Source: Desulfotalea psychrophila LSv54 (lineage in GTDB: Bacteria > Desulfobacterota > Desulfobulbia > Desulfobulbales > Desulfocapsaceae). From it: a stretch of DNA of 32,000 nucleotides. A program made the translations under genes and the position numbers. Shown here in pieces: positions 1-8,751 of the stretch (positions are counted from its first letter, which is position 1; each line of letters begins with the position of its first letter). The notes below the pieces were generated by a model, which saw only the letters and a list, made by a program, of their open reading frames with translations, made no database searches and was not told where the DNA came from. The stretch lies in the NCBI RefSeq assembly GCF_000025945.1, contig NC_006138.1:2310001-2342000 (forward strand), written 5' to 3'.

Positions 1-757
1 ACTGACATACATCAAGACGCAACGTGATAAGATGCACGACGAAATTGATGTTGCAGGGCTTAGCTTTATCGAAAAACTTCTCCCTAGAAGAGGTAACCCC
101 TCTGCTATCTTTTTTGCCCAAATCTACCTCGATAGTAAGACCAACACCCCAAGCATGGCAGATCTGCAAAAGCTCAACAGTGTTGTTCAAAACTATATTT
201 CAATGAAGCCTTAGCTCGATTAGACCCTTGGCCGTGGTGAGATAAACAGCAAGGTATCTCGCATAAAAGACAGAGCTCTTGATATAGTAGCAACGCCTTC
301 TGCGGCTTTGTTTTAGCCACAGAAAATCTCTCCAAAGAGCGTCTTTCAACCTACAAACGATATACCATTTTAAGATGAGCACTAGCAAAAGCTTATCCAG
401 CCAGTAAAACAGAGCGGTATTATCTGTAATAACTCAAAAATTTAAATTATTTGATTTAAAAAAAGTAACCGTGCTTTTGCACCTCTACATGCTAAGCAAT
501 GGTTGATATCATGTTTCATGATATGCTGATATTTCATGGTGGAAATTTTCTCCATTTATGCACTTAATGTTCTTTAATCATTGCTTAAAGCAAAGAATAA
601 GTGTAGATCAGAAAAAAGTAATTTCAATCCTTTGTAAGGGATAAATATAGGTGTGTAGGTTGTAATGTTGGTAAACAGATTCGTTTGTTTTCCACTCGCA
701 CTATGATGACATAGAATCATTGGGGTAAAATTTTCAAGCAACAAACAACTGTTTCAC

Positions 758-887
758 GGGCACTACACCAAAACACTGAAGCGGCCTATTCGCAAAAAGA
801 TCAGGTTGTCGAAAAGTGCTAGGCTATATGTCAGCGGTACTTTTATAGAGAGAGCATTTTACTAAACAACAAATTGGCGTAACGACC
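758..887 (+). mobile_element. IS1-family deletion derivative (MITE-like), copy A
   Basis: Left end GGGCACTACACCAAAACACTGAAG and right end CTAAACAACAAATTGGCGTAACGACC form imperfect terminal inverted repeats. The right end matches the family consensus AACAAATTGGCATCACGACC. The internal reading RLSKSARLY resembles the InsB C-terminal FSKSxELH motif seen in other copies. Confidence 0.6.
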
Positions 888-941
888 AATAGCTGTGTGG
901 TATGAAAAACAACTGAATTACAAATCAACAAAGGATGAAAT

Positions 942-1913
942 ATGTTTTCAACTGATTTATATGATAGCGTTTTACTTGCTCCAGCTACACAAGGTGCTGA
1001 CCATTTACATGTCATATCTGGATATGCAACTGCGGCAATGGCGTTTCGCCATATCAGGCATGTAAATAAACAAGGGCATGACATAAAGGTAGATTTAATA
1101 GTAGGTATGTGCCCTAATGATGGCCTGTCGATTAGTAATCACAACGGTTTTAAAAAACTTGTTGAAGATGATTTTGCTGGTAAATTCGAATGCTCTTATG
1201 TGATGGCATCACCTGCTATTCATTCAAAAGTTTATGTTTGGACAAAAGATAATAAACCTGTATTTGGTTTTGCTGGTTCTGCCAATTATACTCAAAATGC
1301 TTTTTTTTCCAAACAGCGTGAAGCAGTAGCCTCATGTGATCCTAACATCGCTTACGACTATTTCCAAAATTTACTCTCTGACACCATATGTTGCACACAC
1401 AATAATGTTGAAAACTCAATACAGTTATACAATGAAAATTACTCGAAAAAGAAGCTACAACTTGTGGAGCAAGGAGCGTTTGAGGAAACAACACCTGACC
1501 ATATAAAGGGGTTACCTAAAATAACAATCTCATTACTTGCAAATAATGGCACTTTGCCGCCACGTTCTGGATTAAACTGGGGACAACGCCCAGAACAACA
1601 CAGAGCGCCAAACCAAGCCTATATAAGATTACCTTCTACCGTTTACCGGACAGATTTTTTCCCGGAGAAGACAATTCAATTTACAGTTTTAACAGACGAT
1701 GGAGAAACAATAATGTGTACTCGTGCCCAAGAGAATGGGAAAGCAATACATAGTCCCCACAACAACAGTTTAATTGGGAAATATTTTAGGAATAGACTTG
1801 GATTAACTTCCGGTGTTTTGGTTACAAAAAACGATTTGACATCATACGGTCGTAGCGATATTACCTTTTATAAAATTGATGACGAAACATATTATATGGA
1901 TTTTTCAGTTTAG
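942..1913 (+). CDS. PLD-superfamily type II restriction endonuclease (NgoFVII/BfiI-like) with C-terminal B3-like DNA-binding domain
   Basis: 323-aa ORF with an AAAGGA RBS upstream. A single HxK PLD motif (AIHSKVYVWTKD) lies in the N-terminal half. The C-terminal LNWGQR..AYIRLP..FTVLTDDGE..YGRSDITFYKIDD pattern matches the B3-like domain of NgoFVII/BfiI-type enzymes as I recall it. Confidence 0.7.
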   Translation: MFSTDLYDSVLLAPATQGADHLHVISGYATAAMAFRHIRHVNKQGHDIKVDLIVGMCPNDGLSISNHNGFKKLVEDDFAGKFECSYVMASPAIHSKVYVWTKDNKPVFGFAGSANYTQNAFFSKQREAVASCDPNIAYDYFQNLLSDTICCTHNNVENSIQLYNENYSKKKLQLVEQGAFEETTPDHIKGLPKITISLLANNGTLPPRSGLNWGQRPEQHRAPNQAYIRLPSTVYRTDFFPEKTIQFTVLTDDGETIMCTRAQENGKAIHSPHNNSLIGKYFRNRLGLTSGVLVTKNDLTSYGRSDITFYKIDDETYYMDFSV

Positions 1914-1956
1914 CTGTGAATGGACAACTTTCCCGAGTTTTATTGCGTAAATCATG

Positions 1957-2117
1957 GGTCATGATGCCAAAACGTTGAAGTAATAGTATAGTGTATTCTT
2001 TTTAATGTTTTGATATAGCTACAGCAAAAATACCTTGTCGGTTTTGTGATAGCATTGAGTGACCGGTATTTTTACAGAAAGAGAGTTTTTCTAAAACAAC
2101 AAATTGGCATAATGACC
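1957..2117 (+). mobile_element. IS1-family deletion derivative (MITE-like), copy B
   Basis: GGTCATGATGCCAAAACGTTG at 1957 and CAACAAATTGGCATAATGACC ending at 2117 are 21-nt inverted repeats (17 of 21 nt complementary, one mismatch and a 3-nt bubble). The left 45 nt equal the reverse complement of 9118-9156. The right 55 nt match copy A. Confidence 0.75.
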
Positions 2118-2151
2118 ATTTCTTAAAACTAGTCGTTGTCACCACATTCAA

Positions 2152-2865
2152 TTGCAATATCAATACCTATTGAAGAGAAACTTGAAAAAGAACTGGAGCG
2201 AAGAAGAGTTGCGTGCCTCTGTTGATGCATATGTCGAAATGCATAGCCTCGAAGCTAGAGGCAAGCCTTTTGTAAAAAAAGCCTACTACGAGACCCTCGC
2301 CAATACATTCGGTCGCACCGTGAAGTCATACGAGTACCGCATGCAAAACATCTCTTACGTCTACTCGCTTCAAGGTCGTCAGTGGGTGTCGGGGCTAAAA
2401 CCAGCCCGGAATGTCGGTGTCAATGTGATTCAGATGCTCGAAGACCTAATTGCCAAGAGTGAAGGACAACATCTAGTTGCAATCGCTTACTTTAATGCGG
2501 CAGTAGAAAAACTCAGAAAAAGACCTCCATCTTTACCTCCAAAGGGCAATAAAAAGCCAGCGTCATTTCTGTCTTCGGGCACACGATTTGTCCGAGATCC
2601 GGAAGTTGTTGCATGGGTTCTCGCTGAAGCGGCAGGCCACTGTGAATGTTGCGAGTCATCAGCACCATTTTTGCGAGAAGACGGGTCACCATTTTTAGAA
2701 GTTCATCACGTCCAGCATTTAGCAGATCATGGTGAAGATACAATAAACAATGCAGTAGCACTCTGCCCCAATTGTCACAGCGAACTGCACTATGGTATGG
2801 GCAAAAAAGAACTGGCAGAGGAGCTACGGGCGAAGATCACCAGGCTTCAAGTGACCGGCGCGTAA
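2152..2865 (+). CDS. McrA-like HNH endonuclease (COG3183-type predicted restriction endonuclease)
   Basis: The C-terminus CECCESSAPF..PFLEVHHVQHLADHGEDTINNAVALCPNCHSELHYG is the classic McrA-type HNH motif. An N-terminal NWSEEELRASVDAYVEM module is present. The start is uncertain: TTG at 2152 with no good RBS. Confidence 0.8.
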   Translation: MQYQYLLKRNLKKNWSEEELRASVDAYVEMHSLEARGKPFVKKAYYETLANTFGRTVKSYEYRMQNISYVYSLQGRQWVSGLKPARNVGVNVIQMLEDLIAKSEGQHLVAIAYFNAAVEKLRKRPPSLPPKGNKKPASFLSSGTRFVRDPEVVAWVLAEAAGHCECCESSAPFLREDGSPFLEVHHVQHLADHGEDTINNAVALCPNCHSELHYGMGKKELAEELRAKITRLQVTGA

Positions 2866-2904
2866 TACGTATAACAAGTTGTTGCAGACATAAAACTTAT
2901 ATGC

Positions 2905-2937
2905 GAAGTAGCTGAACAACAGATTGGCATCACGACC
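2905..2937 (+). repeat. Isolated IS1-family IRR-type end directly downstream of the HNH gene
   Basis: GCTGAACAACAGATTGGCATCACGACC matches the IRR-type consensus. The same HNH-3'-end plus IRR junction recurs at 28025-28203. Confidence 0.65.
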
Positions 2938-3535
2938 TGCTTTCCATTCTCTCAAGTCACCTTTTTGTAATGTTGTTACATCATCATTTTGTAGGTATCC
3001 ACCCTCCAGATTAAGAGCATGCTGTCCCGATGATATCGTAATGTACTAAATTTCAATCAATTAATTCTCCACGGAAAACGTCATCGAACCTCATATTTTA
3101 ATACTCTGCCCCCTGCCTTGTCGAAATTTCCTCAATATTCTCTAGGTGCTACAAAGAAAATCACCAAGCTATGTTCGTAACTTCTATTTATACATAACAA
3201 TAAAAAACCTTGTCAGTTTTACGGCAACGAAAGAGGTCTTGCTCTTATTCTTTAGAAACAGCCACATATGAGCGTAAGGGCTTTACATTGTTACCTTTTT
3301 ATTCAGTTTTATTGTGTGTAAAAGATATGGCAAGAGAATCAATAACTTTTTGGCCTAATTGCAGGTTGTTATCAACACAAGTACCACTTCAGTTACAGAT
3401 TGATCTAGCAACCTATTGCGAAAACGATTAAAAAGAAGCTTCTGCGTCAAGAGCAGAAATTTTTTTTCACCAATACTGAAAGCACCTTTTAAAGAGACTT
3501 TCATCACAGATAGATAAGCATACAAAGAATAAATA

Positions 3536-4618
3536 ATGAAATTTGAACTTGCGGAACTGTTTTGCGGCCCTGGAGGAATTGCCCTGGGGGCACAACTAGC
3601 TGGTGTAGTGTACAATAACAGAAACAATGAGTCTTTCTCAATTGCCCCCAGCTGGGCAACTGATTATGATGAAGCCACCTGTCGAACTTACGCTCTTAAT
3701 ATCCATAACTCTAACGAGCTTGATCTTGACACTGTAGTTTGTCAAGATGTCCGAGAGTTAGATATAGAGGCCTTGCGTCCTCGGCAAGCGTTGGCGTTTG
3801 GTTTTCCTTGCAATGACTTTAGCAGTGTTGGTGAGACAAAAGGGCTAAATGGACAATTTGGTCCTCTTTATAAATATGGTGTTAAGTACCTTCAAACACA
3901 TCAACCACAATGGTTTGTTGCAGAAAATGTTAGTGGCTTATCTCATGCCAATGGAGGAAAAGCTTTTAAACTTATCCTGCGTGAGATGGAAGATGCTGGA
4001 TACAACATCACTCCTCACCTATACAAATTTGAAGAGTATGGTGTACCTCAAGCACGCCACCGAATAATTATTGTTGGAATCAGGAAAGATCTAAATACAG
4101 AATTTAAGGTGCCTGCCCCCACAACTCCTAATCAATATAAATCTTCTGGGGAAGCTTTAACATGTCCCCCAATTCCTGAGGACGCGCCAAATCAAGAAAG
4201 AACAAGGCAGTCTCAGCAGGTTGTTGAACGCTTAAATTACATAAGACCTGGCGACAATGCTTGGTCTGAAGATATTCCTGAGCATCTTAGGTTAAATGTC
4301 AAAGGAGCAAGACTTAGTAATATTTACAAAAGACTTAACCCAAACAAACCAGCTTACACAGTCACGGGCAGTGGAGGCGGTGGAACCCATATGTATCACT
4401 GGGAAGAGCCAAGGGCTTTAACAAACAGAGAAAGAGCGAGGTTGCAAACATTCCCTGACAACTATCGATTTTGTGGAAATAAAGAAAGTGCCCGGAAACA
4501 AATAGGTATGGCAGTTCCACCTCAAGGGGTAGCTGTGATTTTAAATGCAATACTTAAGAGTTTTGCGGGGAAAGATTACAATAATGTTCCAAGCAATGTG
4601 CTAATGCGTTTTTCATAG
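3536..4618 (+). CDS. dcm: DNA (cytosine-5)-methyltransferase
   Basis: Canonical C5-MTase motifs occur in order: LFCGPGG (I), GFPCNDFS (IV, catalytic PC), AENV (VI), QARHR (VIII), GMAVPP (X). Confidence 0.95.
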   Translation: MKFELAELFCGPGGIALGAQLAGVVYNNRNNESFSIAPSWATDYDEATCRTYALNIHNSNELDLDTVVCQDVRELDIEALRPRQALAFGFPCNDFSSVGETKGLNGQFGPLYKYGVKYLQTHQPQWFVAENVSGLSHANGGKAFKLILREMEDAGYNITPHLYKFEEYGVPQARHRIIIVGIRKDLNTEFKVPAPTTPNQYKSSGEALTCPPIPEDAPNQERTRQSQQVVERLNYIRPGDNAWSEDIPEHLRLNVKGARLSNIYKRLNPNKPAYTVTGSGGGGTHMYHWEEPRALTNRERARLQTFPDNYRFCGNKESARKQIGMAVPPQGVAVILNAILKSFAGKDYNNVPSNVLMRFS

Positions 4619-4636
4619 ACAAAAAAGTTTTTTAGC

Positions 4637-4883
4637 CCCCAATAGAGCCTGGCCGTGCCAAAGTGGCTTGAACTGGGGGCATAGCGTTGTTAACGGCCGC
4701 CATAGAAAATCAAACCAAGCTTATCTTTCAAACAGAAAAAAGGCGAGAACAGAAAGGGTTTTGCCAGAGTATCAGCTTACCGTCACTCTTCTTGCAGACG
4801 ATGGAAAGGTTATGAGCTGTACGGCACAACAGGAAGACAGAAAGGCTGTTTCTACGAATAAAGGAAAAATTCTGCTAGAATAG
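4637..4883 (+). pseudogene. Remnant of an NgoFVII-like endonuclease C-terminal (B3-like) domain, lacking the catalytic domain
   Basis: The reading frame opens right after a TAG, 19 nt past the dcm stop. PGRAKVALNWGH..NQAYL..LTVTLLADDGKVMSCTAQQEDRKAV parallels residues about 206-275 of ORF 942-1913 (PPRSGLNWGQ..NQAYI..FTVLTDDGETIMCTRAQENGKAI). No PLD half and no credible start. Confidence 0.6.
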
Positions 4884-5311
4884 ATTATCTTATAACAAAT
4901 TACTTCTTTGGCAACTCAGCTTAATGAGCTGACATTGATTTCCCCACCGTCCCTGCACCTTGACCAGGGAGCGATCACACTGTTGCCTAGTCTTTGTAAC
5001 AGGCACTATATTTAACCTGTGTCTAAAGCTAAAAAACATTCACAATAGGCATTCTCTAATTTTTTGTTGTGGCTGAAATGTAGATTTGTTAGTTTTGTCA
5101 AATAGTATGCTCGACCCTTGGCACCTTGACAATGGGTATGGACAGCTTACCGGATGTTTTCCTTATTGTTACTAGCATGGTTAGTGATATCAGTTGTTTT
5201 TTCTAATAGGGTAAAAAATGGCCCATTTTTCTTTAATCTAGATAAGAAATAAAGTCTATTTCGAAAGAAAATTTCCAGCTAGAAACCTTCAAAAAAGGTC
5301 TTCTGCATAGG

Positions 5312-6889
5312 ATGACAAAAGAACAAGCCCTCCTCGCCCTGGCGAAAAAGAGACAGACCACTAGGTACGACGGTTACACCTCTATCGGTGACTACAATGG
5401 TGGTGTTTGGGAGTGTGATTATGTCTCCCCCTACAGTAAATCCGCCCATAATGTTGATGCCAGGGTCATGGCCGTTTTGCAAGACTGGTGCTCATCCGAT
5501 GCTTTTACAGGTGACATTTGTGTGGAAGATTTGAGCCTTGGCTATGATAGCACGGCAAAAACTAATATTAGCTTAATGACCCTGCTCCAGAACCATTTTG
5601 GCCTCTCCCTGCAGGATACTTATACGACCAATCTGTTTCCCTATATCAAGCCTGGTGCTATGAACGCACTTATCTCCATTAAAGATCTTACTCGCGCCGC
5701 CAAAGATTTTACCCTACCCATGGTGGAAATTATTCAGCCACAGCTGGTTATCTGCTTTGGCAAAAATACCTTTAACGTCATGCGTAGGGCCTGCGGTATG
5801 GGGGATACCAATAATGTGGCAGAGGCCATCGATTCAAGTTTTCAATATCGGGGTGCCACTCTTTGCTGTCAATCCCATCCGGGGCAGTTGGGTAAAAACA
5901 ATAGAAATAAGGGTGGAGTCGATAGGGCATCCGCCGACTGGCAACGGCTAAAGACCGTATTGGACGAGAATAAAATAGAGAAACCCTCTTCAGACGTTCT
6001 CTCACCATCCACCAATAAAACAAACATCATGACTGCTAAAAAACATACAGGATTTATTCAGTGGTTCGGCCCCCTATTAAATGCCCTGCGGGACCTGGGT
6101 GACTCTGGCAGGCCCAGGGAGGTCTCTGCGAAAATAGCCGAGAACCTCAAATTACCCGATACCATCCTCGATGCAAGCTTCAAGAGTGGTACACAGAAAT
6201 TCCACAATCAGGTCTGTTGGGCCCGGCAATATCTGGTATGGGCAGGGTTCCTCGACTCGTCCATCCATGGTACCTGGAAACTGACTGAAAAGGGGCAGGG
6301 GGCACACCTCAGCGTAGATGAAGCCGCGGCTCTTACTCGAAAGTGGAAGGCTATCCATCAGGAAAGACGAAAACAGCGGCCATCTGCAGAGCATCCCGAG
6401 GCGGAAGAGATAGAGAACTTCCCCCAACCGGAAAATGATCTTCTTACCGTGCTACGTTCCATCTCCCCCACAGGTTTTGAAAAGGTTACCAGAGAGCTGT
6501 TGCGAGAATCAGGTTTTGAGAAAGTTGAAATCACAGGTGGTTCAGCAGATGAAGGTATAGATGGCTATGGTGTCCTGGCGCTGAACCCCTTTGTTAGCTT
6601 CAAGGTGATCTTTCAGTGTAAGCGCTATCAGGAGGGTAATAATGTTGGCCGAGTCCAGGTGGCCGATCTTCGTAACTCCATGTTGGGCCGTGCTGAAAAG
6701 GGTATCATCATCACCACCTCAACATTTACTCAGGCAGCTCTTAAGGAAGCAAACCGAGACGGTGCTGCCACCATAGAACTCGTCGATGGCGAAAAACTGG
6801 TAGAGATGTTCCAGAAGGTACAACTCGGCCTCACTCAGAGGGTTGTCTACGATATCGATCAAGAATATTTTGCCAAATATGCGGAGTGA
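5312..6889 (+). CDS. Fusion protein: N-terminal uracil-DNA-glycosylase-superfamily-like domain plus full Mrr (Mrr_N winged helix plus Mrr_cat PD-(D/E)xK nuclease)
   Basis: The N-terminal part carries UDG-fold landmarks in order: VMAVLQDW, TNLFPYIKPG, LVICFGKNTF, CCQSHPGQLG. The middle (LLNALRDLGDSGRPREVSAKIAE..WARQYLVWAGFLD..GTWKLTEKG) reads as Mrr_N. The C-terminus (FEKVTRELLRESGF..DEGIDGYG..FQCKRY..GIIITTSTFTQAA..IELVDGEKLVEMF) reads as Mrr_cat. Confidence 0.7.
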   Translation: MTKEQALLALAKKRQTTRYDGYTSIGDYNGGVWECDYVSPYSKSAHNVDARVMAVLQDWCSSDAFTGDICVEDLSLGYDSTAKTNISLMTLLQNHFGLSLQDTYTTNLFPYIKPGAMNALISIKDLTRAAKDFTLPMVEIIQPQLVICFGKNTFNVMRRACGMGDTNNVAEAIDSSFQYRGATLCCQSHPGQLGKNNRNKGGVDRASADWQRLKTVLDENKIEKPSSDVLSPSTNKTNIMTAKKHTGFIQWFGPLLNALRDLGDSGRPREVSAKIAENLKLPDTILDASFKSGTQKFHNQVCWARQYLVWAGFLDSSIHGTWKLTEKGQGAHLSVDEAAALTRKWKAIHQERRKQRPSAEHPEAEEIENFPQPENDLLTVLRSISPTGFEKVTRELLRESGFEKVEITGGSADEGIDGYGVLALNPFVSFKVIFQCKRYQEGNNVGRVQVADLRNSMLGRAEKGIIITTSTFTQAALKEANRDGAATIELVDGEKLVEMFQKVQLGLTQRVVYDIDQEYFAKYAE

Positions 6890-7085
6890 TTTTTCTTAGT
6901 CTCTCCTTCTGAGGGATTAAGTGGTCAATGATTGATCTCAATGCAGTTTACGATTATATAGAAGTAGAGGATGATGAGTAATCGCCTAACGGGGATAGGT
7001 ATGGATATTCCAAGGCCGTTCTACTTGCTGATCACTGCTTATGCAGTTATTATAGTCAATATTATGAACAAATTTTGAGGGATTT

Positions 7086-7259
7086 ATGATTAATAAAAAA
7101 ATAGAAATATACGGAGTCAAAGCCGTTGTACGACCCAAGATCAAGGCACTGAAAAGCCTTAATTTATCAGGGGGTGGGGGTAAACAAATCGTCAAATCAG
7201 AGACGAAATTAGTTTTAAGAACACACAAAAAAACTTTCAAAAAACTGGCTGATATGTAA
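7086..7259 (+). CDS. Small putative antitoxin (57 aa) translationally coupled to doc
   Basis: ATG at 7086; the stop TAA overlaps the doc ATG (TAATG). MINKKIEIYGVKAVVRPKIKALKSLNLSGGGGKQIVKSETKLVLRTHKKTFKKLADM. It is below the 60-aa track cutoff. A paralogous decayed copy lies at 14394-14568. Confidence 0.5.
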   Translation: MINKKIEIYGVKAVVRPKIKALKSLNLSGGGGKQIVKSETKLVLRTHKKTFKKLADM

Positions 7260-7660
7260 TGAATATAATTAGATTTCCTTTTGAAAGGGTCATAGAAATA
7301 AACAACTACATATTAGAGCATGAGCCAGGCATGAAAGGCTCTATTGACATCCCTAAACTTCAAGGCGCTTTGGCTCGTATTGACAATGCAATTGTCTACT
7401 CTGGTCTCGATGATGTCTTTGAAATAGCAGCAACATATACTGCATGTGTAGCTGTTGCCCACGCCCTCCCTGATGCCAACAAGCGTACAGGCTTAGCCGT
7501 TGCCTTAGAATACTAATCGCTCAACGATTTTGAGCTCACAGCAGATAACGAATTGCTTGCCGATGCAGTGAGAGATTTAGTCATCAAAAAAATTAGTGCA
7601 GATGATTTTGCTGATTTACTCTATGCACAGCACATAAAAGAAAATCCAACCTCAATATAA
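7259..7660 (+). pseudogene. doc: Doc (death-on-curing, Fic-fold) toxin interrupted by an in-frame TAA at 7514-7516
   Basis: Doc signature AHALPDANKRTGLAVALEY, then TAA, then the same frame continues SLNDFELTADNELLADAVRDLV..ENPTSI to a TAA at 7658-7660. Total 133 codons, the normal Doc length. Confidence 0.8.
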
Positions 7661-7669
7661 CATTCAAAT

Positions 7670-7789
7670 CTACTGCTCGTTTTTTCGAAGCTTTATGAGT
7701 TTCTTTCTCAGGGCATAAACAGATTCAAGCCGTTCATACTCAGCCTTAACCCCATCTTTTTTCAAAGCCTTTTTTTTGAATTTTTTCAT
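7670..7789 (-). pseudogene. Possible N-terminal remnant of an XRE/HigA-type antitoxin (39 aa)
   Basis: MKKFKKKALKKDGVKAEYERLESVYALRKKLIKLRKNEQ resembles the pre-HTH leader of HTH antitoxins, but it stops before any HTH. Confidence 0.25.
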
Positions 7790-7944
7790 AAAATTTTTTA
7801 TTTATTCTAGGGTTTTCACAAAAAATAAAGGGTAATAATCTCTCTTCCCATGCTAAAAGTAAACACGGGATAGGGGGAAGTCTACCTATCCACAAAGCAC
7901 TCCGTTCCAGAAAATTACATAAAGCCAGCGGGAGTGTTCAAGGG

Positions 7945-8742
7945 TCACCCCTCAAGACCTTCCATGATAGCCTGAGCACGAGCATTCCCTTGTTGGGCGC
8001 TCTTATCAAGCCAGAAAAATGTCTTATTCAGATCTTTTACAGTCCCCTGGCCCTTATAATACATTAATCCTAGCCGATATTGAGCGACAGCATCCCCTAG
8101 TAGAGCACTCTTTTCAAACCAGCTGAATGCTTTCTTCAAGTCTTTCGCAGTCCCTTGCCCCTTATAATACATGTAACCTAAATTATACTGAGCATTACTA
8201 TTTTCTTGTAGAGCACTCTTTTCAAGCCAAACAAGAGATTGCTTTAAGTTTTTCGGGGTACCTTTACCAGTATAGTGCATTACTCCTAGTTGAAACTGAG
8301 ATAAAGCCTGCCCCTGCAGAGCACTCCTTTCAAACCAGATAAATGCTTCCTTCAAGTCTTTCGCAGTACCCTCGCCAGTGTAGTACATTAATCCTAACCG
8401 CATTTGAGCTAAAGCAGCTCCCTGCAGGGCACTCCTTTCAAACCAGGCAAATGCTTCCTTCAAGTTTTTCGTAGTTCCCTTTCCATTATAATACATATCT
8501 CCCATATTGTATTGAGCTGTGGAATATCCCTGCTGAGCGCTCTTTTCAAACCAGATAAATGCTTCCTTCAAGTCTTTCGACACACCCTCACCAGTGTAGT
8601 ACATTAATCCTAACCGAGATTGAGCTATGGCGTTTCCCTGTTGAGCCTTTTCCATTATTTCGCTTCCATGGCAAAATGTTGCAAAAAAAAGTAACGTCCA
8701 AACAGTAATAAGAATTTTATATTTCATCCTAAAGCCTTTCAT
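7945..8742 (-). CDS. Secreted Sel1-like repeat (SLR/TPR-like) protein
   Basis: N-terminal signal peptide (KILITVWTLLFFATFCHG), then seven tandem ~36-aa units of the form AQxxLGxMYYxGxGxxKDLKEAFxWFEKSA. The DNA is visibly periodic at ~108 nt. Confidence 0.9.
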   Translation of the reverse strand: MKGFRMKYKILITVWTLLFFATFCHGSEIMEKAQQGNAIAQSRLGLMYYTGEGVSKDLKEAFIWFEKSAQQGYSTAQYNMGDMYYNGKGTTKNLKEAFAWFERSALQGAALAQMRLGLMYYTGEGTAKDLKEAFIWFERSALQGQALSQFQLGVMHYTGKGTPKNLKQSLVWLEKSALQENSNAQYNLGYMYYKGQGTAKDLKKAFSWFEKSALLGDAVAQYRLGLMYYKGQGTVKDLNKTFFWLDKSAQQGNARAQAIMEGLEG

Positions 8743-8751
8743 TAAGTAATT

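Noticed and set aside
200-388. 62-aa minus-strand ORF and the overlapping plus-strand ORFs at the window start.
   Set aside because: - I recognise no motifs.
- The reading frames conflict.
- The region may be the tail of a gene truncated by the window edge, so I cannot support a call.
2920-2945. Sigma-54 promoter (TGGCAT..N..TGC) within the IS1 IRR-type end.
   Set aside because: - The GG-to-GC spacing is off by one in the only copy that has a GC.
- The -12 part lies outside the conserved repeat in the other copies.
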